Assembly: GCA_963807635.1 (NCBI GenBank)
Contig: CAWEDJ010000021.1
Location: 1 to 31,361 of the forward strand
From: an uncultured cyanobacterium
Lineage (GTDB): Bacteria > Cyanobacteriota > Cyanobacteriia > Cyanobacteriales > Microcystaceae
Length of the DNA stretch: 31,361 bases
Direction: 5' to 3'
The position numbers were made by a program, and so were the translations under genes. The first letter of the stretch is position 1, and the number at the start of each line of letters is the position of its first letter. Positions 1-8,921 of the stretch are shown piece by piece. The notes under the pieces were generated by a model. The model did not search any database and was not told the DNA's origin. It worked only from the letters and a program-made list of their open reading frames with translations.

Positions 1-18
1 TAAATGGACAACAGCTTA
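1..18. mobile_element. Probable terminal inverted repeat of an IS/MITE (IS630/Tc1-like, TA target) inserted in hicB
   Basis: taaatggacaacagctta (rc taagctgttgtccattta) ends in TA exactly where HicB similarity starts. It resembles cyanobacterial IS ends from memory only. The rest of the element would lie outside the window. Confidence 0.4.
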
Positions 19-162
19 CCACAACTAAAAGCTTGTTATAGCCAAGGCGAAACAATAGACGAATTATTAAAAAATATTCGTGAAGTTATTGAAATGTGTC
101 TTGAAGAAATCCAAGAAGAAACACAAACACAATTTGTCGGCATTCAGAAAATTAGCGTTTAA
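4..162 (+). pseudogene. hicB: HicB-family (UPF0150) antitoxin, N-terminally truncated
   Basis: Manual translation MDNSLPQLKACYSQGETIDELLKNIREVIEMCLEE...FVGIQKISV*. Matches the HicB P-x-L-x-x-C-x-S-Q-G-x-T motif, but the first beta strands are missing and an in-frame TAA lies at 1-3. Confidence 0.75.
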
Positions 163-279
163 TCTAAAAATTCTTTTATCTCCTCTAAGATAATTTTCTC
201 CATTACGTTTTAAAAGTAATCTTGCTTTGATTGTTCTTCTTGATGGCTATTTTTTGCTATACTCCTATTGTCAAGATAG

Positions 280-1137
280 TTAAGAGAGGAGGCGTTTAAT
301 TCCCTGACTATCTAATAATAATTGGTCTAATTCCTGTTGCATTTCCCTCACCACCAGTTGATAACATTCCTCCACATAATCGCGATCGCGGGCGGCATTT
401 TCTACCATAGCGATCAAAAATAATTGGGGGACAAACGCGAGTGTGCATAGGAACAGGTAAAGGAAAATTGGGCAAGGGGCCAAGGGCAATTCCCCAGGGC
501 AAACCGAAATAAATGGGGAAAACGATGGGATCGGTATCTAAAACCCAAGGCATTCCCAGATCATGCAATTGTTTAGCCTGTTCATAACAATCAGTGAGAA
601 CCACCAAGGTATCGTGCGCCCCGACGGAAATTGCAGGAACAATCGGGACATTTTGCCGAAGCGCGATTTTAATAAAACCTTTGCGTCCTGCCAGTTGAAT
701 TTGATACCGTTGCCAATGGGGACGAAAAACATCCTGCGCTCCCCCTGGATAAACCAACACACTAGCTCCTGTTTGTAAAGCCGCGATCGCCATTTTGGGG
801 TTGCTTGAATAGCTCCGACCTTGACCGCTAACTGAGCCATACTTTGATTCACTTTCCAGACTGTTGGGTGCATTAATCCATAGATCGGGCGTTCCGTACC
901 AAAGTGTTTAAACCAGTCATAGATCATCATCACCATATCAGGAGAAGCCAAGCCACCGTTATGGGAACCCACGATCAGCACTTGTTCCCCTGATTCTAGA
1001 TGCTGCCAACCATCACTTTTGACTTGAAAATAATAACGATAAAACCATTCCCAAAAGGGCATTAATTGTTCAATGGTTTTCGGATCTCGCTCAACTAAAG
1101 ACCAGCCTTGGTAGGGCAAAGAAGATTTTTTATTCAT
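280..1137 (-). CDS. Lysophospholipid/DGAT2-like acyltransferase (Slr2103-like), split by two frameshifts
   Basis: ORFs 538..1137 (VGSHNGGLASPD), 308..793 (VYPGG, GRKGFIKIAL) and 280..489 (AARDRDYVEECY) join into one ~285 aa protein, with shifts near 795 and 400. Confidence 0.85.
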
Positions 1138-1157
1138 GGGTTTTTGCTCTCAAATCC

Positions 1158-2776
1158 CTAACCATTTAACAAGGCTTCCACAAATTCATAACTGGAAAAA
1201 GGCCGCAAATCCTCAATGCCCTCTCCCGCACCGATGAAGCGAATGGGCAGATTTAATTGTTGGGCCACCGCGATCGCGACTCCCCCTTTAGCCGTTCCGT
1301 CCAATTTCGTTAAAACGACCCCACTTAGTTTAGCGGCTTGGGAAAAAACTTCGGCTTGCCGTAAACCGTTTTGTCCGAGGGTGGCATCCAATACTAACAA
1401 AGATTCGACCTGGGCATTAGGAGCTTTTTTGTCAATAATACGACGAATTTTCGCTAATTCATCCATTAAGTTTTTCTTGTTTTGTAAACGTCCTGCGGTA
1501 TCGACCAGGAGTAATTCAATATTGCGAGACTGGGCCGCACTGATGCCATCAAAGACAACGGCGACAGATGGAATTTTTATCGGGATTGGCAATAACACTG
1601 GTTCCACTGCGATCGCCCCAAATTTTTACCTGTTCAACGGCCGCTGCACGAAAGGTATCCGCCGCCGCAATTAGACAACTGTAACCCGATTTTTGGGCTA
1701 AATGGGCTAATTTCCCGATGGTAGTGGTTTTTCCTGCTCCATTTACCCCCGTTAGTAGCCAAATATTTAGCGTTTCTTTGGTGGGAATAAAATCGGCATT
1801 ACTCACCGTTTGCAGGGGACGGTCTAACATTTCTCGCAAAATCGTTTTGAGGTAGGCGATCGCGGCATCGGGGGGAAGGGCTTCTTGCCGTAACTTATTT
1901 TGTAGGGCTGTAATGATGTAATCAGTGGCTTCAATACCCACATCTGCCTGGAGCAATAGGGACTCAATCTCCATTACCGCCGCCTGATTCAAGGGGCCTT
2001 TGACCGACAATGGCCTTGAGTTGATTCACCAAATTACGGCGAGTTTTGGTTAATCCCTGCCGTAAACGACTGAGCCAATTAATTTCTTCTTCAGAAATAT
2101 CCTCTGGGGCGCGTCCCTGATCCGCTAAAACTTTCGCCGACCAGATAAAATCGTCATCAAATTTAATCCCTTTTTTTCGGACAACGGGTTGAGGCGGAGT
2201 TTCAGGAACCTCGGTTTCAATAGCCGTTTCCTTTAAAATTTCTAGGCGATCGGATTTTTGTAACCAAGCAGGAGTACTGGCAGAAATTTCAGGTTTTATC
2301 TCATTTTCAGGTTCAATTTCGGCGATTTCAGGAACAGGTTCAACTTCCGTGACTGACTCAGTTTCAACGATTAGTTCAATACTAGGAACAGATTCAGTTT
2401 CTGCAACTAATTCAATTTCAGGTTCAACTTCAGATTCCGTAACCGTTTCAGGCTCGGCTTCAACTACTAATTCAATTTGAGGTTCTACTTCAGGTTCCGC
2501 GATCGCGCTTTCAATCTCTTGAGAAACCACTTCTTCGGCAACAGGTTCGGACGTTTCCAGAATTTCTTCTGATTGTTTGCGCTCTTGAATATTTTTAAAC
2601 GCTGATTTTGCCCACTCTAAATAGGCATCCTGGCTATTGTCAGCAACAGTTTCCGTCTCCTGGGTAACCTCTTCTCCTTGAGACGATTCCTCAACGGTCG
2701 GGGTAGAATCGGGCGTGACAGGAGTTTGTTCGGCTTGGGACGAATCCCCGAACTGACGACGAAACCAGTTAAACAT
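1158..2776 (-). CDS. ftsY: Signal recognition particle receptor FtsY (two apparent frameshifts)
   Basis: Acidic N-terminal domain, GVNGAGKTTT, DTFRAAA, DTAGR and TKLDGTAKGG spread over three overlapping ORFs. Shifts near 2000 and 1570. Confidence 0.95.
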
Positions 2777-2918
2777 AGGAGTTAAGCTTAGAATTTATGA
2801 ATGCAAAATCATTTGTCTCCTGATCTTAAACGGAAAATCACTTTCTATCTAAAATCCATCATCGAAAAGTCGCGATCGCGGATAATTCAAATAAAAAAAT
2901 AATTTGCTCTCAAACCCA

Positions 2919-3251
2919 ATGGCAACCTATACCGTTCGTTTCATTAATGCTGAAAAAAATCTAGATGTCGCGATCGCTGTTCCCGAAGATCAATATATTC
3001 TGGATATGGCCGAAGAAGCAGGAATTCGCTTACCATCGGGCTGTCTGCAAGGAGAATGTTCCGTTTGTGTTGCCAAGCTCCTTAGTGGTAACGTAGAACA
3101 ACGGGAGCAAAAATTTCTGAAACCCTCGGAAATTGCAGAAGGTTATACCGTAACCTGTGTCGCCTATCCCCGCTCCGATTGTGTCTTAGAAACCCATCAA
3201 GAATCGGTTTTATATCAATCTTCCCTTTATTATTCGCCACCTTCTTCCTAA
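2919..3251 (+). CDS. Plant-type [2Fe-2S] ferredoxin
   Basis: CLQGECSVC (Cx4Cx2C) plus distal TCVAYPRSD. ATG at 2919 gives a typical MATYTV start. Confidence 0.92.
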   Translation: MATYTVRFINAEKNLDVAIAVPEDQYILDMAEEAGIRLPSGCLQGECSVCVAKLLSGNVEQREQKFLKPSEIAEGYTVTCVAYPRSDCVLETHQESVLYQSSLYYSPPSS

Positions 3252-3269
3252 TATAATTTCCCTAGATTT

Positions 3270-3683
3270 ATGATGACTGAAAATTCGATGACCGTTGAAC
3301 AAGCTCTAGAAATTTTAAAAAGTTATAGTTGCTTAGAAGTTAAATTAGTCGAATCCGAAGCAGATAAAAAAGAATTACAAACAGCGATTAAACAAATTAT
3401 CGATTTATCCGAATATGAAAATTTAGGCATTTGTGCCAATTCCTTGGAACTCGCTTTCGAGAGTTTATCTAATTATCTTAAAGCGTTAGGCTATGAAAAT
3501 GATTTAGATATAGCTTCATTACCACCTCAAGAAAAAGCCGTTTATCTAAAATTTAATACTCAAAAAAAGAGTCATTATTTAGATAGTTATGATGGGGATT
3601 ATCGCGGGGTCTTAATTTCCTGTCAAAGTGAGGATGACAAAATTGCAGGAACCTATGGTTATTTTCCTTTAGATTTATTCTAA
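3270..3683 (+). CDS. DUF1824-family cyanobacterial protein
   Basis: ENLGICA, VYLKFNT, YRGVLISCQ and GTYGYFPLDLF motifs. Confidence 0.8.
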   Translation: MMTENSMTVEQALEILKSYSCLEVKLVESEADKKELQTAIKQIIDLSEYENLGICANSLELAFESLSNYLKALGYENDLDIASLPPQEKAVYLKFNTQKKSHYLDSYDGDYRGVLISCQSEDDKIAGTYGYFPLDLF

Positions 3684-3892
3684 TTCCACACAAGTTGGTG
3701 TCTATTCTCGAATAGAAGGTAGGAGGCAAAAAAGTGCGCCAATTCAAATAATGAAGTGCATAAGCTAGGGGGATCGCCCCTAAAATAATACTGACAAGAA
3801 CAATATAATTTTAGGGGAAAGAGTGAGGAAAAATGACCGAAAGTCTATAGAAGACAAATAACCAAAAAGATTACCCAACCTTCTTCAAAAAA

Positions 3893-4773
3893 TCAAGTCT
3901 GGGTTGGGGCCCAATTCCAACTTTCTACAGCTTTTAGATAATCCGACATTGAATGATCTTCAACACCATCTAAACCTTTTTTAGGAATTGCTTTGATCAC
4001 TCCTTCAGCAGAGTCGAGAAAACGATACCACCATCCAATATCATTATGTAAACTTTTATCTTCTGAAATGTAAACAAAAGAACCGACATGACTATAACCT
4101 GCTGCCCTCGCAGGAGCGCGGGTTACCATATCATTATTATTTTGAAAACGGAAAAAACGGTTCTCTGCTTTACCATTAATAATACGGGCAGTGTTGTGGG
4201 TCATTGCACGGGGTTGGCTAAAGGTATAGGTGGAGATAAAAGGTAAATCTTGATTAATCAATTTTGTGGCAGCAATTGTTGCCATAGCCCCTCCTAAACT
4301 ATGCCCTGTAATGAACAGTGGTCTTACCTTTTTTTGTTTAAGCTCTTTCTGTTTGTCCCGATCTTGCTGCTGAAATTGTTGATATTTTGCTAATAATGGC
4401 TCCCAGATATCCTCAGTGGCTTCCCAAAAGCCTTTATGAAAGTAACCATCTAATTTTTCTCCTTCAACGAGGAGCAAAATAGGTGTAACAATCAGATCAA
4501 AATTATCAAGCCAGTCGTCTAGTTCATCGGTTCCTCGAAATGCCATTGTGAAAAAATCTTCGTGTTCCACTAAAATTGCCTGGGAACTGTTTTGAGAAAA
4601 GCCTTTCACTGAAGAAAATCTTCGATCTCTTGTTTTAAATTAGCCAGAATTTTCTCTTCATCTGGCGAACCTTCAGGATCATCTTTTTTAATATAGGCAA
4701 CACTAGCAAGTCGAGCCATCCAGTAGGCATTCCCCGAATCTAAGATCGTTTTATACGGATTGACAGTCTTCAT
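3893..4773 (-). CDS. Lipase class 3 family alpha/beta hydrolase (one frameshift near 4625)
   Basis: AFRGT, ITGHSLGGAMA, NNNDMVTR and DHSM motifs. The N-terminus MKTVNPYKTILDSGNAYWMARLA starts at ATG 4773 in another frame. Confidence 0.85.
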
Positions 4774-4917
4774 TTTTGTTTCTCCTTAGTGCGATCACTG
4801 CTTGAGTTAAGATTTATCTCATACACTAATTAAATGTATTGATAAATATGTTTTATTGTAATTGTTCCATAGTCATTACAATTATGAAATTATCCTTAAA
4901 TTTTGGGCAAAACTTCT

Positions 4918-5028
4918 ATGAACATCGCCATTGATAAACTATACTGATGAAAGCGATCGCCGTTATGAATTAGTCAATGGAGAATTGATTCCGATGAGTC
5001 TTGGTACAGGTTAAAAGGTCGCGATCGC
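4918..5028 (+). pseudogene. Degenerate copy of the 5' end of the Uma2 gene at 6158
   Basis: Aligns with 6158-6291 (gccattgataaact...agcgatcgccgttatgaattagtc...attccgatgagtcttggtacaggt) with a 23-bp deletion. Similarity ends at HIP1. Confidence 0.9.
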
Positions 5029-5188
5029 AGAGAAAAAATAACTTCACAAAAGGCAGCGATCGCACTTTTTAATCACAAATAACAAAAACGCGATCGCATT
5101 CATAAAAAATAAAACAGCGATCACATTTTAGAATTTTATTACAGAAGAAGCGATCGCACTCAATCATAAATCACAGCAAAGCGAAAGC
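5021..5188. repeat. Periodic HIP1-cored array in A-rich spacers
   Basis: GCGATCGC at 5021, 5056, 5090 and 5150. Degenerate GCGATCAC at 5117 and GCGAAAGC at 5181. Spacings are 35, 34, 27, 33 and 31 bp. Confidence 0.85.
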
Positions 5189-5215
5189 AATGATCCTAGT
5201 TCTGGATGATCTCAT
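5171..5215 (-). pseudogene. Probable stub of a RelE/ParE-like toxin gene
   Basis: TAATG stop-start overlap with the upstream gene. Reads MRSSRT, then runs into the HIP1 array and stops after 14 codons. Confidence 0.45.
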
Positions 5216-5442
5216 TACTCTTCACCAAAATCTTTTTCTTCTGTTTTACCTTCTTGTTGTTCTATCAATGCAGCTTGAGCCATTTGTGTAAGAATGTCTA
5301 GGTTAATATTGGGATCCGTAAGAGTTTCTTGCCATTGGAGTTCATTCTCAATATCGGCTAATAGTTGTTCAGCAATTTCGTCTTGGAGATTATTGGAAAG
5401 TTTTTGTGCTTCTTGGAAGGCTTTTTCTAGTAGTTTAGTCAT
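5215..5442 (-). CDS. Small acidic putative antitoxin (75 aa)
   Basis: MTKLLEKAFQEAQKL..QDEIAEQLLADIENELQWQ...MAQAALIEQQEGKT pattern, typical of small proteins that precede RelE-like toxins. ATG at 5442 preferred. Confidence 0.65.
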   Translation of the reverse strand: MTKLLEKAFQEAQKLSNNLQDEIAEQLLADIENELQWQETLTDPNINLDILTQMAQAALIEQQEGKTEEKDFGEE

Positions 5443-5547
5443 GTTTGGTAATTCAGTAATTATTATCTTCTTCAATGATAAACAATAAAACAGCGATCGC
5501 AAAGAAAAATACGTTACAAAAGGCGGTTGTTTCAAAAGTACTTGTAT

Positions 5548-5928
5548 TTAGTTTAATCCAAAATATTTTTTTGCCTCAGATGCCAGAAGTTGGTTTAAAA
5601 CGAACATAGAAATAGATACCCCTTTTTCTTCAGCTTGCGACTTTACTTTTTTCCATATCGTGTCATTTTTAGCATTCGCTAGAAATTCATGTCCATCCCA
5701 AGTAAGTCGATAAATAGAGCAGAAAATCTCAATCGAACCATCAGAAAGAAAATCTTGTATAAACTTACCTTCTAAAAATTTTTCATCTACCAATAACTTT
5801 AGATGTTCAGCAATAATTAATTCTTCAAATTCTTCGTAATCAAAATTAGAAGCTGACAGAACTTTGCCAGGAGGAGCATTTTCAATATCGAGCAAGATTT
5901 TTCTGATGAGGTTAAGGTTTCGTTTCAT
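5548..5928 (-). CDS. DUF2513-family protein (winged-helix-like)
   Basis: MKRNLNLIRKILL start and RLTWDGHEFL..KNDTIWKKVK motif. Confidence 0.85.
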   Translation of the reverse strand: MKRNLNLIRKILLDIENAPPGKVLSASNFDYEEFEELIIAEHLKLLVDEKFLEGKFIQDFLSDGSIEIFCSIYRLTWDGHEFLANAKNDTIWKKVKSQAEEKGVSISMFVLNQLLASEAKKYFGLN

Positions 5929-6157
5929 AATTAATTCGCTATTAATTCGCTTCTGATTTAATTAATTCAACAATAAAACATACTTATCTGAGTATTACAC
6001 TACTTTATCTTTCAATAGACCGAGAAAATCCAAAAATATTCTTGAGTTTTGGAAACCTAACCAAAATAGCGAATTTACCAGTTTCAATATAACAGGCTAA
6101 ACTAAAAATATCAACCTATTTTCAGGTTTTCCCCTTGCTTAGAGAGGTTCATGAACT

Positions 6158-6745
6158 ATGACCGTCGCCATTGATAAACTCAGTTTTGCAGATTATTGTT
6201 CCTATACCGATGGAAGCGATCGCCGTTATGAATTAGTCGATGGAGAATTAATTCCGATGAGTCTTGGTACAGGTCAACATGGGGCGATCGCCGAATATTT
6301 GAATGAGATTTTTAAAGCAGAAATCCGTCAACGAAACTTACCTTGGACAGCGAAGGATATGCGAATTGGTGTTCAGTCACCCAGGGGAGGACGCTGGGAT
6401 ACGTCACGCATTCCCGATGTAACCGTACTGACTTTAGCTCAATGGAAATCCCTCTCCCAAAGAGAAGCCATTATTCCCTTAAATGAAGCCCCGCCCCTTT
6501 TGGTTGTAGAAGTCGTTAGCGAATCGACCCAATCCACTGATTATCGTAGTAAACGTTCAGAATATGCCATTCTTGAAATTTCTGAATATTGGATTGTTGA
6601 TCCACTTCAAGAACGAGTAACCATTTGTACTTTGTTTGATCGGTATTACGATGAAAGGATTTTTACGAACGGCGATCACCTTATTTCCTCGATTTTTCCA
6701 GAATTAATGTTAACGGCTGAACAAGTACTTTGGCCAGAAAACTAG
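6158..6745 (+). CDS. Uma2/DUF820 PD-(D/E)XK endonuclease-like protein
   Basis: RYELVDGEL, RIPDV, LVVEVVS, KRSEYA and EYWIVDP motifs. Confidence 0.92.
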   Translation: MTVAIDKLSFADYCSYTDGSDRRYELVDGELIPMSLGTGQHGAIAEYLNEIFKAEIRQRNLPWTAKDMRIGVQSPRGGRWDTSRIPDVTVLTLAQWKSLSQREAIIPLNEAPPLLVVEVVSESTQSTDYRSKRSEYAILEISEYWIVDPLQERVTICTLFDRYYDERIFTNGDHLISSIFPELMLTAEQVLWPEN

Positions 6746-6874
6746 TAAATTTTCACTGTCTTAAAACACACCTTGATTAATCCTTAAAGCAATAACTCTT
6801 CGCCAAAAATCCCAGAAAATACCCGAACCTGTTATCCTGTAAAAGAAATTTCAGCCGTTCACTCCCAGACAATA

Positions 6875-8811
6875 ATGCAAACCGACGATCGCCTCTCCTT
6901 AATCCAGGAAAAATCCCCTCATCAACTCAAAAAAGCGATTCAAGCCAGCCAAGATTATTTGATGTCCCTGCAATATCCCGATGGTTATTGGTGGTCGGAA
7001 TTAGAATCTAACGTCACCATCACCGCCGAAGTCGTTATTCTGCACAAAATTTGGGGAACGGATAAAGAGAGACCCTTACATAAAGCCGAAGCCTATCTGC
7101 GTCAACAACAACGAGATCATGGCGGTTGGGAATTGTACTTCGGAGACGGCGGAGAAATTAGTACCAGCGTTGAGGCCTATACTGGCCCTTCGAGTTTTGG
7201 GTGTACCAACAGATGATCCCCAGTTAATTAAAGCCAAAGACTTTATTTTGTCCAAAGGGGGTATCAGCAAAACCCGAATTTTTACCAAAATGCACGCCGC
7301 TCTCATTGGTTGCTACGACTGGCGCGGCACTCCCTCTATTCCGCCTTGGATTATGCTTTTGCCCGAATGGTTTCCTTTCACCATTTATGAAATGTCGAGT
7401 TGGGCGCGTTCTAGTACCGTTCCCCTGATTGCCGTTTGTGACCAAAAACCCATTTACGATCTGGGCAGTAAAATCACCCTCGATGAACTCTACGCTGAAG
7501 GAATTGAAAACGTTAAATATGAATTACCCCGCAATAATAATTGGGCTGATATTTTTGTGGGTTTAGATAGTTTCTTTAAATGGCTAGAAAAAGCAAACCT
7601 CGTTCCCTGGCGAAAAACAGGATTAAAAGCCGCCGAAAAATGGATCTTAGAACGGCAAGAAGTGAGTGGAGATTGGGGGGGAATTATTCCTGCCATGCTC
7701 AATTCGATGTTGGCTCTCAAAGTTTTGGACTATGACGTAAACGATCCCTTTGTGCAAAGAGGTCTAGCGGCTCTTGATAATTTTGCCATTGAAACTGAAA
7801 ATACCTATTGCATTCAAGCCTGTGTTTCTCCTGTTTGGGATACGGCTTGGGTGGTGCGGGCTTTGGTGGAATCGGGCATCAAACCTGATCATCCTGCGCT
7901 AGTTCAGGCGGGGGAATGGCTAATCAAAAAACAAATCCTGACCTACGGCGATTGGTATGTCAAAAATAAATTGGGAAAACCAGGGGGCTGGGCCTTTGAA
8001 TTTGATAATAATTTCTATCCCGATCTGGATGATTCGGCGGTGGTGGTGATGGCCTTTAGCGGGCTTAAATTTACCCAATGAAGGGTTGAAAAATGCGGCG
8101 ATGCAAAGGGGAGTGGAATGGATGGCGACGATGCAATGTAAAGCAGGAGGTTGGGCGGCCTTTGACATTGATAATGATCAAGATTGGTTGAATGATCTGC
8201 CCTATGGGGATTTGCGGGCCATGATTGACCCTAATACGGCGGATGTGACAGCTAGGGTCTTGGAAATGTTGGGTTCCTGTCATCTCTCAATGGAACCTGA
8301 ACGAGTTGAAAGGGCTTTAGCTTATTTGGAAAAAGAACAGGAAAGCGATGGGAGTTGGTTTGGGCGTTGGGGCGTGAATTATCTCTATGGAACCAGTGGG
8401 GTGATTTCGGCTCTTGCGGTTATTGATCCAGAACGTTATCGAGATCGAATTACTAAAGCCATGAGTTGGATAGAAAGTTGTCAAAATGCCGATGGGGGTT
8501 GGGGAGAAACCTGTGAAAGTTACAAGAATTCAAGCTTAAAGGGGCAAGGCATCAGTACAGCTTCCCAAACGGCTTGGGCTTTGATCGGACTATTGGATGG
8601 GGGAAAAGCAACGGGATTATTTTCTCAAACCGCGATCGCCGACGGAATTAATTATTTAATTTCAACCCAAAAAACTGATGGCAGTTGGGATGAAACAGAG
8701 TTTACGGGAACAGGTTTTCCCTGTCATTTTTATATCCGTTATCATATGTACCGACAATATTTTCCCCTTATTGCCCTGGGTCGTTATTATCAATCCCTGA
8801 CGAATGCTTAG
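6875..8811 (+). CDS. shc: Squalene-hopene cyclase (two apparent +1 frameshifts, at ~7181 and ~8056)
   Basis: YPDLDDSA (DXDD) and several QW motifs (QESDGSWFGRW, QNADGGWGE, QKTDGSW). The three ORFs join on removing single bases. Confidence 0.95.
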
Positions 8812-8921
8812 GAGTTTGAGTTTTTGATGAGTTCAAAACTGAGTTGAAAATTTCCCTCTCCCCCTATAATGAGATGTTGATCTGGGAGCGTACATTTTAT
8901 TAAAACTATTAAAAATTTTCT

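Noticed and set aside
3777..3817. Inverted repeat cccctaaaat...attttagggg as a MITE
   Set aside because: Only 10-bp arms with no second copy. At most a terminator between convergent genes.
5021..5188. CRISPR array
   Set aside because: The conserved core is only the 8-bp HIP1, spacers are low-complexity, and there are no cas genes or leader.
5930..5951. Tandem attaattcgct x2 upstream of DUF2513
   Set aside because: A short slippage-type duplication in AT-rich DNA with no evidence of function.
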